From Fistulifera solaris (taxonomy: Eukaryota), in contig AP026123.1 of the NCBI GenBank assembly GCA_030295235.1, positions 2,480,001-2,544,000 of the forward strand: a DNA stretch of 64,000 nt. Reading direction: 5' to 3'. A program made the position numbers and the translations under genes. Shown one piece after another: positions 12,855 through 25,402 of this stretch (its first letter is position 1; every line of letters begins with the position of its first letter). Under the pieces are notes generated by a model. It searched no databases. It saw only the letters and a list, made by a program, of their open reading frames with translations, and had not been told where the DNA came from.

Positions 12855-14193
12855 ATGACAACTGCCGGACTTTTATTGTTTTCGCATCACGCATTGCGTC
12901 GTAGTCCTCTGCGTCTTTCTTCGACGTGCGTTCGCTCGTTCGCAACGCAATTCAATCGCGACAAACCGCACGTCAACATTGGTACGATCGGACACGTCGA
13001 TCACGGCAAGACGACCTTGACACAAGCCATCACCAAGGTATTGAGTGAAAAGGATGGTCGAAAAGCATGTCGTACGAAGACATTGATCGAGCACCCGAAG
13101 AAAAGGCCCGAAAAATTACCATCAATACGTCGCACATTGAATACGAAACCGCGAATCGTCATTATGGCCATATTGATTGGTGCGTTGTCGTGTAATTATT
13201 GATATTGTGTGTATTATTCGCCTTTGTCTCACACACTCATCCTCCGATACAGCCCCGGACACGCCGATTACGTCAAAAACATGATTACCGGTGCCGCACA
13301 AATGGACGGTGCCATTCTGGTCGTCGGAGCGACCGATGGTCCCATGCCACAAACCCGTGAACACATTCTCTTGGCCAAACAAGTCGGTATTCCCAATCTC
13401 GTCGTCTTTTTGAACAAATGCGATCTCGTGGATGATGAAGAATTGTTGGAATTGGTCGAAATGGAAATTCGTGAATTGTTGTCCTTTTACAAATTCGACG
13501 GGGATGCCATTGAAATTGTACGTGGGAGTGCCTTGGCGGCGGCGAATGGCACTAACGATGAGTTGGGCAAAGACGCTATCCTCAAATTGATGGATGCCGT
13601 CGATCAGCACATTCCGGAACCGGTCCGAGAAACGGACAAGCCCTTCTTGATGCCCATTGAAGATACATTTTCGATTGCGGGACGTGGAACCGTCGTGACG
13701 GGACGTGTCGAACAGGGTATTGTCAATGTGAACGACGAATTGGAAGTCATTGGTTTGGGAAATAACAAAAGACTGTATGTACGGGAGTCGAAATGTTCCG
13801 CAAATTGTTGGATCAAGGTCGGGCGGGTGATAACATTGGTGCCTTGTTGCGTGGTTTGAAGCGGGATGATGTCCGACGAGGACAAGTCTTGTGCAAGCCC
13901 GGATCGATTAAGGAAGCCAAAAAGTTTGAAGCCGAAATTTATGCCTTGAACAAGGAAGAAGGTGGACGACACAAACCTTTCATGACCAACTATCGTCCCC
14001 AATTCTTTTCCGAACAGCCGATGTCACGGGGTCATTGAATCTGAAGGAAGGTGTGGAAATGGTCATGCCCGGTGACAATACTTCGATTACAGTGGATTTG
14101 ATTGCTCCCATTGCTCTGGAACCGGGATTGCGTTTCAATATGCGAGAAGGTGGTATGACCGTGGGAACGGGTATTGTAACCAAGGTTCTTTAA
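12855..14193 (+). CDS. TUFM: Mitochondrial elongation factor Tu
   Basis: Presequence then [33 protein letters not shown] (intron 13180-13252), NKCD, GGRHKPF..YRPQF; several homopolymer frameshifts. Confidence 0.95.
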
Positions 14194-14493
14194 ACCACGA
14201 AAGTAAGTAATAAAGAAGTTAGGAAGGACTCGATTGTCTACAGTAGAATGTAAGATAAGAAGTCTTGAAATAGTAGATACGGAGTAAAAGATTACTCAAG
14301 TACTAGAACGAATAGTCGAGCGTGTAAACGAGCAAAGATCAAGCAATGAATGTAAGCGCTCTCTGCAATGAATACATGCGAAAATAAGTCGTCTATGGAT
14401 CAAAGAAACAGCCGTTTACTTTTCTTTAAATATTTCTCTACAATACGAAATGTCGATGCGTAATTCAAGTTCATTGTTGTTATTCTTTCGTCT

Positions 14494-15133
14494 TTAAACG
14501 ACTAAACCAATCACACCCGCCGCAATGCGGGGACCCGCATTCCCGGTCGTACCCGAATTTTCGTGTCCACCTCGTCCCAAATCATCTTCACCCGCATATA
14601 CCACAATCGATCGTCCAATGACGGAATGCGGACCCAATAATTGGACCAAGGCATTGTCGGGAATGTTCACCACACCCGAACCATTTTCACCAATTTCGAC
14701 ATTGCCCAAATCACCGGCCATGCGATTTTCGTCCGTCGGGGCGCCGTGTGTTTTGCCTGTTTTTGAAAGGAGAAGAAATAAGTTTGAGTGTAACGAGTAA
14801 TTGACTTGTACATGAAAGTAAGAACAACGAAGAAAGGAACGAGAGAGGCTCCTATATCGTCGTCGACTCCAACTTTGTTTTCCTCTTTCTTCGGATCAAC
14901 ATCACATGCCGATTCTTCTTTCAGAACGCACCAAATGGATTGAAAATAGGCCCACACGAATTGCCTCCTTGCGAAAGATCTCCGGCGACACAGATCGAGA
15001 GACCGTGTTTGCCCGGCGTCAAACCCGACAGAGTGCCGTGAATGCTCGTACTGCCTTCACTGGACGTTAACGTCAATGTCCCCACAATACTGTTGTTCGA
15101 GTATACGACACAAATTGCTTTGCAAGTGGCCAT
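14494..15133 (-). CDS. Cu/Zn superoxide dismutase homologue lacking metal ligands (pseudo-SOD)
   Basis: SOD1-like [42 protein letters not shown]; intron 14931-14757. Confidence 0.88.
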
Positions 15134-15480
15134 AGTTGTTGATTGAAGTGGTATATTATTATTATGATAGAATGAGGCGAGGATATAACGAGATTTTGTT
15201 GTTGTTGTTGTTATTTTTTGTTATGCTGCTTTTGTTGTCTGCTCATGAAGGGATGAGGTTCAAAATGGTTGTGCGGCTCCAACGTGCGACAGTCTGTCTG
15301 TGGGTCCGATCTCTAAAACCCGGGATTCAACAAACAAATGACTCAACTATGGGAAATGTCGGCGTATAACACGACGAAACGTCCCGCATCTCCGGACTTC
15401 GAGGTCTCGACAGGAACCGCAACAAAACTTAGATACAAGTATGAGTCAAAGTAGCAGTACTTGTAGTAACAAACTATCTA

Positions 15481-16152
15481 TCATAAGCGAACAAACGATA
15501 CATAGCTGCCCTGTGCACCCTGTTCCTCCAAATGCCATTCACGGTCGGTCGACTCCGGCAGGAAAAAGTATCCTTTGGACAACCAGTCGCGCTTCAGCCA
15601 GTAAGCGTATCCCGTACGAGCGTTCCAACATCCTTCTGTAATTTGTACACCCTGTGAATCGATGCCGTGAATCTTCCACAAAGAAGAATCATGTGGCTCG
15701 AAACGAAGATTCGACGTTTGATGCACCAACTTCTGGGTCGTCTCTCCATCCACAACCCTGTAGAAACTGGCTTGATACGCCCCGTTGGTGGGTGGCGGTG
15801 ATGCTGGTGATTCTTCTTCCGGTACAAGCAACACTGTTTCTCGGGCTTCCTGCAACGCCAGATGGAATGCCTTTTTTCGATCTTGATTCGCGAGATAATT
15901 GCCAACAACACAGAGCAGCAAGGGGAGAATCACGAACAGGAAAATGATTACCGACATGAAAATAAGCATAAATAAATCCCATTCTCTGGAACATTCTTCT
16001 TCTTTCTCGGTGGAATAGCAGTGATCCGTAAAAATCCAATGTTTCTGTAGCGAATAGGTTACTGTCCCGTTCCAATCGGTGTGCTGCGCCCGACAAACAG
16101 TCATCCATGTCAACAACAGCCAACGAAATGTGATGCTCGACAACATGAGCAA
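15481..16152 (-). CDS. Hypothetical single-pass membrane protein
   Basis: Signal peptide and one TM helix, 223 aa ORF. Confidence 0.6.
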   Translation of the reverse strand: MLMLSSITFRWLLLTWMTVCRAQHTDWNGTVTYSLQKHWIFTDHCYSTEKEEECSREWDLFMLIFMSVIIFLFVILPLLLCVVGNYLANQDRKKAFHLALQEARETVLLVPEEESPASPPPTNGAYQASFYRVVDGETTQKLVHQTSNLRFEPHDSSLWKIHGIDSQGVQITEGCWNARTGYAYWLKRDWLSKGYFFLPESTDREWHLEEQGAQGSYVSFVRL

Positions 16153-16516
16153 ACGAATAAAAAATGGAATGATGTGATGTTGAGAGTATCATGAATGAGA
16201 CTTTGTGAAGGGAGATGATGATTCCATAGTATGATGGTTTCAGCTTCCGAATGTCAAAGCTTGGGTATCATTATTTTTCTTCGAAAGAAAACGTCAAGTT
16301 AGTTGAACATGACACGTTATGCCAGTACCGGTCAGAATGCGTTGTGAAGGAAAACGAAAAGTCGATACACCCCTCTTAGACCTAGACCTACTATTCCGGT
16401 AACATTTTCTTAGTAGAAACATTGTTGCGTCCTTAGCTTGAGCTCGGCTTGCTCGGCTTCATTCAAGTCTATTTTTTGTCTTTTTTCAATTATACTTTTG
16501 CATTTCGTTCGGACCG

Positions 16517-16945
16517 TCATCGCTTGGCAGCCGCAAATCCTGATTTGTTTGCAACATCAATGGATTGTTGTTTAAACTTGACTCCCACTTGAATCCATTC
16601 TAAAAAGACGACGGCTTCTTCGGGTGTCGTGCCGAATTTCTCGGCAAATTGGGCCGCCGACACGGAACCCTCTTCGCCCGCGGTCAAGAACTCGGCAATC
16701 GCCGAAGACTTTTCTTCCGTATTCAATTTGTATCGTTGAATGATACGATCAAACTCTTGTTTGTGTAATGTGTATTGATCGGCCTGATAAGCATCATCGC
16801 AAACACTCTGCTTGTGACGTTTCCAATCTTGTTTTTGGTGTTCCGTCGAACAGTACCACGCCTGTTTGCAACGCGAACAGCGTTGTGTGGCGACTTGCTG
16901 ACAAACAGCACATGCCTGAGTGCTCGGGATGGCGGCGGTGGACAT
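16517..16945 (-). CDS. MYND zinc finger protein
   Basis: CAVC..CSRC..WYCS.EHQ..DW..HK..C. Confidence 0.88.
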   Translation of the reverse strand: MSTAAIPSTQACAVCQQVATQRCSRCKQAWYCSTEHQKQDWKRHKQSVCDDAYQADQYTLHKQEFDRIIQRYKLNTEEKSSAIAEFLTAGEEGSVSAAQFAEKFGTTPEEAVVFLEWIQVGVKFKQQSIDVANKSGFAAAKR

Positions 16946-17393
16946 GGGTGGAAGAATGCAACAAATTATAAGCGATTACTTTGGGTACTGCCAGGAGAAG
17001 AACGAGAATGAGGCCATGGCGGTTTCTCGGCCAACGAAAAAAAGCGTCGAGTGGCAAATGGCGGGAGCGTCTGTACGTCGTACCTCACTCCTCTTTTCCT
17101 GGTCAGAAATTCAGTCAAGGAATGTACAAACACTCTGACGTTACCAGTAACATGTAACGAGAATGACACCGATGTTCGCCAAGACTACTCTTTTTCCCTC
17201 ACATCAGTACCGCATGCAAGTGACACACGGACGCGTCATGCTGGATACTTTTTTCATTTTCGTTTTGTTCTTTTGGATCGTTCGATCGAATGTAAATCAA
17301 CCGTTCGGATTGAACTCCTGTATCTTTCATTCCTTTCTTTTAGACTACAAACAAGCACAAAGGGCGAACAACAAAGAAGATCATTACAACATC

Positions 17394-18936
17394 ATGAGTG
17401 CACCAGACGAAAAAGACGGCATTCTCCAAGTCCCTCCGACCAAACAGCTGAATGCCATCGTTCACGATGCGCATTTCATCGGAGGGGAAGCTTTCAATCA
17501 ACGATGGTCGTTTGCGCTGCCAATTTATCGATTGAGTCGGCCGCCGAAGGATATGCTCGAGTTACTGGAAGGTTGTGCTCCGGGGCCATCGCTGCGTCCG
17601 AAACTACTCCAGATCACCGAACAGGCTCTGCTCTACCTTCTTCCTTTGGATAGTGGGCTTTACTGGAGTGATGAACGGCAATGTTATCGACACAAACTCT
17701 CTTTTACTATTTCGACCAGACGACGAAGTAGCAGGCATGAAAGTAATGTCTACAATGTCCACATTATGGGTGTTTCTCCGTCGGCCACCGCAGAAGCATT
17801 ATTAAAAGTACTGCGGTTCCCCACTCCACAAATGCTGACCATCGAGTTGGGGATTCGATCCGATAGTATCACTCCTCTCATTTTGCAACAAATACTGTGT
17901 GAATGCGGTGGTCTCGAATTTCTGTTTTCGCAGGAAGCCTTGTCGTCGGACGAGTGCTATCGACTGGCACGACACGCTTCGCAGCTCGTGTTTCAGGAAT
18001 GCATCTTTTTGGATTCGGGTGCGGCCTTTGTACGGGGTGTACAGGAACGGGAGAATCCTCTTTCTTTGGCTTTTCTAGGGCGTGATCGACCTTTTCCGGA
18101 TTTCATACCTTTACTGCGTTGTGCGAACTTGTACGAGTTGGAGCTTCGACAGGGATTTTCTTTGACCGAATTAGAATGTCAAGCACTGGCGGATGCTTCC
18201 ATGGAGTCTCTGACCTTGGATGAATGCCGATTGCACGATCACGGCAAATCCCTGTTTATGGCGATTGCGAAACGAATGGGTCCACAACATTTGCGAGTCC
18301 GTTTTTGGGACGAAACAGAACCACAACATCAAGGGCTCCTACCGGCTCTCTGCTCTGCACAATGTCAACTCGAAAGTATAGGTTTGATTGGACCGAAGCA
18401 TATACCAAGTTTAGTTTCCTGGCAAAAAATGCTGAAAGCCATTCTTGTGACAAACCGTTCGCTTCAGTCGCTCGAACTCGACGCCTTTCGTGTAACAGAT
18501 GACCATTGGGATATTTTCCTCGATGCTTTGGAACAGAGTACGACAATCAGCCGACTAAGTTTGCTGAATATGACCAGCATTGCTAGTGATCAGCACGGAT
18601 GCATGGCTCGTTCTCGCCGACTACTCGACATTTTGCAAAGAAAACGACATTTGGAAGACATCGAGATAGCCGGCGACTGTCCCTTCGACCCAATTCTATG
18701 GTCCACACAAATCGTCCCTCTTGTCCAGGAGAATCGATACCACAATTGTTTTGGTAAATTGCAACGTGATCCACACGGTGCAGCTCTTTAGCACATGCTA
18801 TGGCTCGACCCGAATTGCAAAACGAACACATTTCTTACGGCTTCCTTCTCTTGGAATCGAGCGTGAACTTGTTGGCGTAGTAATTTTAAAAGAGTTCGCT
18901 TTGAACATACAACAGCTCTTATTTCCTTTGGATTGA
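17394..18936 (+). CDS. Diatom-expanded LRR/RNI-like hypothetical protein
   Basis: Repeated LxxLxL motifs (LVTNRSLQSLEL, STTISRLSL); frameshift near 18790. Confidence 0.6.
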
Positions 18937-19582
18937 TCTCGTGATTGATGCAATTTGATGTTTGAATAATTTGTGACGGATGCGAGCTCAACTTTCTCCG
19001 ATAATGATCGTGAAATTTGTACGTAACATAAATAAAAAATGTGACTGCAATTTCGTTTGCCTTCAAGTAGCATTCGGCCCTTTCTACTCTCATCGACTAA
19101 CACATCGTATGACTATTGAGTAGAATGTATGATCTAGATTTATTGGACGTTTTCAGAAAGTACCTAGTATCGGATACTCTATGTATCGATAAATGTCTCG
19201 ATCATGTCCTGTGTCACTCTTTACTATGATTTGCAAAGTAGATCAAGCGCGCTTTCGAAAATCAATCAGGCCTATGACCAACATACAACCGAAATGCCGT
19301 CCATTCGCTCGGAACTTTCGGACTTCACCGTGTCGAGCACGGCCCAATGAAATTTCCGCTTCGGATGGCGGAAGATGCAATCTCAAGCAAAGTGTAGTAT
19401 GGCACTCCGTACTCCGTAGGGTCGCACTCGTTGATTTGCGCCCCCGTCACTCATTATGAGCAACTTCGCCCCTGCAGTCATTCTTTTCTCCGCCCAAAAC
19501 GCCTTCTATCATCTTGTGTTTCGGGTTGTTTAGTTGTTCATTCCATTGACTTTTGTTCTATTTTAAAGACAAGACAAAGCAC

Positions 19583-22500
19583 ATGGACTCGGCTCCGTCA
19601 ACACCCGGCAGCAGCCATGAAAATGGCGGCGCCAAATTGTACAAGACGAACAAAGAATTGTTGGCCTACATGTCGCAAGCCTTCAATGTCAACCGCGGTG
19701 ACGATTTCGAAGAACGAGGATCGGATGACAGTTCTCTGGATTTGGATGATGACGATGATTTGAGTGTGGGTTCCAGTTCTTCGTTTTCCGTCTCATCGTA
19801 CGCGACGAGTGTGCAAGATACCAAAACGATGGGTGACGAAACGCGCATGTTGACCGAAGAAGGTGGACTCGTGAAACGCAGTAAAGTGGCCATCTTCATA
19901 GGCATTGTGGCGTTGGCTTGTACCAGCGCTTTAGTGACCACGTACTTTGTTCGTAAAAATGAAACGACGACGTACCATGAACGCTTCGTTTCGTTCAGCG
20001 GTGATGTGAGTGAGAAATCGCAAAAGGCGCTCCGACAAGCGTTTACGGCGACCCAACAGTTGAGTCGGACCATTACCGATGCCATCGTGAGTGCCGATAA
20101 TTATTTTGTCGCGGTGCCTTTGTTCGAAATTTATGGTGGGGAAGCGAAAGAAGCCGCTCAAGCCGAGGTGATCTTTTGGACGCCGCGGATCGCGGAAGCT
20201 CGGTTGAGTGATTGGGAATCGTTCGCTGCAGAGAACCAGCAATGGATTCTCGATGGATTGGTGTACGAGAACTCGACCGTCAATGATCCCGGCAGTATTC
20301 CGACCACGGTGCACACCCGCAACGGGCCCCATGTTCATCACGCCAAAGATGACATTCACATTCAAGGTTACCATTTCCCCATTTGGCAAATGGTGGGAGC
20401 ACCGGAATGCCTCCATTGTGAACTTGGATCTCATGGCGGATTCGACACGCATGGAACACGACATGATCGATGCCACCTTGTTGCGTCAGCCACTCTTGTC
20501 CTCGATTCAGGACTTGCAGTATTTGACGGTGCACGCACATGATACACCGGTCAATACGTCGCAAGAAGAATGGCTCGAAGAAAACAACATCACCATTGGC
20601 CTGGACAAATACTATCCTCAAATGTATCTGGAGCAGATGCAACAATCCTATATTCTCCAGCCCATTTTCGCTACCCGCGATGGTTACTTCTTCAGCAACG
20701 CCGGAGTAGCGAGCGTCACACGATCGCAAACATTGCAATCGGATGTTGTCGGCTTTGCCGTGGCTGTGTTCCGCTGGGACTCGTTGTTTGCCGATATTCT
20801 TCCCAGTGGCGTTTCGGGAATGGTCGTCGTCGTCAGCGACGGTTGTAGTACGACACTCTCCTATCAAATCAATGGCAAAACGGTGGAATATCTAGGGTTC
20901 GGTGATTTGCACGATCCCATGTTTGAGGAAGAGGTTGTGAATATCACCGACTTTGGAAGCCTGGCGGACTTTTCGGTCGTCACGCATTTGCATCGAGAAA
21001 TCAATGGCACTTCGTACGATGAACGTCATGCTGGAACCAAGAAAGGACATTGTCAGGTACGAAAGAACGAGGAGCTACAACCATGTCACTACATACCAAG
21101 CCGTTATACTAACTTTTCCATCGTTTTGCCAGTTTACTGTTCAAATTTACCCCTCCGAAGAGTTTGTTGATGTCTATAACTCGGATACACAAACACTTTA
21201 CATTGCTGTTATCGTTGTTATCTTTGTGGTTGTGATTTTCCTGTTGTGCATGTACGATCTCATGGTCATTGCTCGACAACGAAAGATCATTCACATTGCC
21301 AAACAAACGAATACATTGATCAGCAGCTTATTTCCAAAGGCAGTTCAAAAGCGCATTCTGGAAGATGCCGAGAAAAATGAAAAGTTAAAACTGTTATCCG
21401 CCGACGAATACGATCAAGTTCTTGGCGATGACAGCAAAGCCAAGTCCGTAATGGAAGAGCATATGAAAGGACAGTATCAAACCAAAGCCATTGCTGATTA
21501 CTTCCCTTCGGCGACAATTTTTGTAAGTATGAACTGAACGTAACTACTATCGAATATCGTTCCCTCGTCCATCTCTAACTTTTCCTCCCATGGTCGCCTT
21601 CTCGATGGCAAACAGTTTGCAGATATTGTTGGTGCGTAAACTGTTCGATCTCAGATCTCGCCCTTTTCATAGTTCGTTTCACTCACTTTCCGCTGTAGGT
21701 TTCACAGCTTGGAGTTCGACACGAGATCCGACGCAAGTGTTTGAACTTTTGGAGACTCTGTTTCATTCATTTGATCAACTAGCGAGAAAACGAAGGGTGT
21801 TCAAGGTTGAAACAGTCGGTGACTGCTACGTGGCTGCAACTGGTTTACCGGAGGCGCGCAAAGATCATCCCGTTGTCATGGCTCGTTTTGCTCGTGATAT
21901 TCTCTACAAATTCGGTGTCCTTGTAAAACAACTGGAAGAAAAACTAGGACCTGACACGGGTGACCTGGGTTTGCGAGTCGGACTGCACAGTGGGCCAGTA
22001 ACTGCTGGTGTTTTACGAGGTGAAAAGTCGCGCTTTCAGTTGTTCGGTGATACTGTCAATACTGCGGCACGAATGGAGAGTAACGGAGCTCCCAACCGCA
22101 TTCATCTTTCCAAGGAAACAGCTGACCTTCTTATGCAAGCGGGGAAAGTCAAATGGGTAAAGCCAAGAGAGGAATTGATCCATGCAAAAGGAAAGGGAGA
22201 GCTGCAGACCTATTGGTTGGAGTACAGCCGTAGCGAAAGCAGGAAAGGAAGTGTCAACAGTGTCACCGATTCCATTCGGAGCTCGCTACAGAGTGATTAC
22301 GATGAGAGCAAGAAGATTCTTTCTGAGATCTCATTCAACCCAATGTCGGAGAAACTGCAGCGTCTCGTCAAATGGAACACGGAGTTGCTCTCAAAATCCT
22401 TACAACTCATCCTTGGACGACGTGTTGGAACTCAAATTCAAGTCGATGATGATGATAAAATGCGCGCACTGGAAATGGCTAGCCGAACCGTTGCTCGTCA

Positions 22501-23599
22501 GGGAAAGCTGGTCTTTGACGAAGTCGTAGAAATCATTAATCTGCCCCCGAAAGCGGAAATCAGCGATTCCGATCCACTCCAACTCGGTGTGGAATCAGTC
22601 GACCTGTCACCGGAAGTGTACTCCCAATTGCATGATTATGTCCGAACAATTGCTGCAATGTATCCCGAGGACAATCCGTTCCACAACTTCGAACACGCAT
22701 CACACGTTTGCATGAGCACGATCAAGTTGCTGGCCAGAATTGTCGCTCCAAACGATGATAATGGCGCCGGAAATCTCCACGATAACACTTACGGAATAAC
22801 ATCTGATCCGCTCACGCAGTTCGCTGCCGTTTTCAGTGCGCTTATTCATGACGTGGATCACCCGGGCGTACCGAACATGACGCTAGTTAGCGAAGGCACG
22901 TCTCTTGCTGCTTCTTACCAAAATAAAAGCATCGCAGAACAGAATTCCATCGACCTCGCTTGGGATTTACTTATGGATCCAGCATACGAGGACCTGCGAC
23001 GTGCTCTGTACGTCAATGAAACCGAATTCAACCGATTCCGTACACTGGTTGTCAATCTGGTCATGGCGACAGATATTATGGACAAGCAAATGGGCGCATT
23101 CCGTAAAGCCAGGTGGAATAAAGTATTTGGAGACGACGACGAGAAGGATATTCGTGGGTCAATCTCCCAGAAGGATATCAATCGCAAAGCGACTATTGTT
23201 CTGGAACACTTAATCCAAGCCTCGGACGTGTCACACACAATGCAACATTGGCATATCTTCGTGAAGTGGAACGAGAGACTTTTCCAAGAAATGTCCCTTG
23301 CTTATGACGAAGGGCGCGCCGAAAAGAATCCTGCGGAAAACTGGTACCAAGGCGAAATTGGTTTTTTCGACTTTTACATCATTCCTCTTGCCAAAAAACT
23401 TGAATCATGTGGTGTTTTCGGTGTATCTTCCGATGAGTACTTACAGTACGCGCAAAACAACCGCAACGAGTGGGAGCGCAAAGGCCACGAACAAGTTCAG
23501 ATATATATTGAAAACTATCGAATGAAGCGAGAAACTATGACCATGGCGACCCCTCCTTCGGTGATTCCACAAGAAGAAGAGGAGGAGGAGGAGTCATAG
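19583..23599 (+). CDS. Membrane receptor-type nucleotide cyclase with extracellular CHASE-like region fused to a cyclic-nucleotide phosphodiesterase domain
   Basis: Two TM helices; FADIVGFT, KVETVGDCY, GPVTAGV, FGDTVNTAARMES cyclase motifs; FHNFEHASHV, IHDVDHPG, ASDVSH PDE motifs; introns 21057-21132, 21523-21615, 21632-21698; indel near 20400. Confidence 0.92.
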
Positions 23600-23841
23600 A
23601 TATGCACCGGATCTTCACCAAGACAATCGACCTTGTCCTATACTCGCTTTTACTGACGATTCACATTGAAAGTCCATAACCAGTTTGTAAAATCTTCGTG
23701 AAACTTCAAGCCTTTGTTGCTAGCCAATTTGGGAACACGGTTATCTGTTTAACCTTGTAGAGGCACCATGCGGTAGTCCCTTGACCGCACAATGTCGATA
23801 CGCCACCAAATGACTCTAGTTCTGTAAAAGTCTCCTTTCAC

Positions 23842-25094
23842 CTATTCGCCGTTCTTCGCCTGGTATTTCTTGAAAGCTTCTTTGTGCTTTTTTGCTCCGC
23901 ATATGGTTTTCCATCTGTCCGGCGCTCTTAAAATCTTTCCGACAACACTCGCAACGCCAAAAATCAGGCTCTTCTTCCTCTTCCTCTTCAGATGAAACAT
24001 CAGGAGACCCATCATTGCTCACTTCACCATGACTACTCCTCTCGTCTCCATGGCTGTCAACTTTGAATTGCGCGTTCGCGTTTGGCAAGTCATTGCTATC
24101 ATCAGCAATGTCGCCCTCTGCTTGTTCACTATTTTCCTCCTGAAGCTCCTCATCTTCTTGAGATTGCTCTGTGTTCTTATTTTTCTTATTTTTCTTATTT
24201 TTCTTTCCCTTCTTCTTTTTTCCTACACCATATTCGTAATCGTCGTCTTCCAAATCCGCCAGTCGTATCCGACCAGCTTGTCGATCCTCTTCTTCCATTT
24301 TAAGCCATACGGTCGGCCGCCTCCTGTCGCCACTCTTCAACTGCCGCTTTTTGCTCTTCTTTCCGTAACGCCTTTTCTCGCTTCGACGCGGCTTCCTTTT
24401 GTAGCTTTTCTCGTCGCACTTCCTCCGCTCGTTGGGCCACCCGAAGATCCCGCTTCTTCACAAAGTGTACGAGGGCTTGAATTTCCGCATTCCGATCCTT
24501 GCGGGCCGACTTTCGGGCCTTCTTATTGGCATCGTCCATGGCGCGACGAATGCGACGATTCGGTTCGGACAACGTGTCGTACACGTCCGCCCAAGCAAAC
24601 GAAAGCTGGGAAGCAAAGGATTCCCAAGCCTGATAAAACGCCGTAACGACGGACCAATCCGACTTCTGATTTCCAAATTCCACGGGCAAATGCGACTCGG
24701 ACGATGCGGCGGCTTCTTCTCGTGCAATGGCGGCAAACACTTTTCCATAAACGGCATAAAATCCATTTGAGGTCTCGTCATCAAAACCCGAAAAACAACT
24801 GGGATGCAAAAATGGGGCGACTTGAAAAATCAAATCATTTGCGTTGGTTCCATCCGTAGTCGACCATCCCTGTAGGATTGCCGATCGATGCTCATCGTAC
24901 CATTGCCGTTCGGCGGGATCCGATAAGCATTCGTACGCTTCTTGGATTCGTTTGAAAACTTCCGGGTCACCGCCCTTGTCGGGGTGATGTTGGAGTGCGA
25001 GTTGACGATGGGCCTTTTTGATAGAGGCCGCGTTCGCTTGCATTTCCACGCCGAGAACATCATAGTGACACTGTATTGTTGTTTCTGTTGTCAT
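23842..25094 (-). CDS. DNAJC21: DnaJ protein with C2H2 zinc finger (DNAJC21/Jjj1-like)
   Basis: HYDVLG..HPDK J-domain, ER.WYD.HR, FY..W.SF, RR.RR.M, C-terminal CECC.K.FKS..QMENH..SKKH; frameshifts near 24305 and 23890. Confidence 0.88.
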
Positions 25095-25402
25095 GAGATT
25101 GCGGGTAATTAAGAGAGAAAGCGATACAATTATGCTACTTTTACAACACAGCGAGAGCAAAGAAAAAAATGAAACGGAAAAAATGCGTGGTAAGGGCTGG
25201 TTTCGCGAAAAGGAGCTCCGCGATAGCACGCGCATGTACATAAAAAGACTATAGTGCAGGTTGATTCACGAAAACATTTTGATGACAAAAACCGCAGGCT
25301 GCGCTGAACAGGCTGGGGTGTCAATCGTTGTAATGTAAACGAGTAACCAAGATATTGTGAGATTATTATAATTTTAAAGAGGCGGATCCAATGGTGTGAA
25401 AG

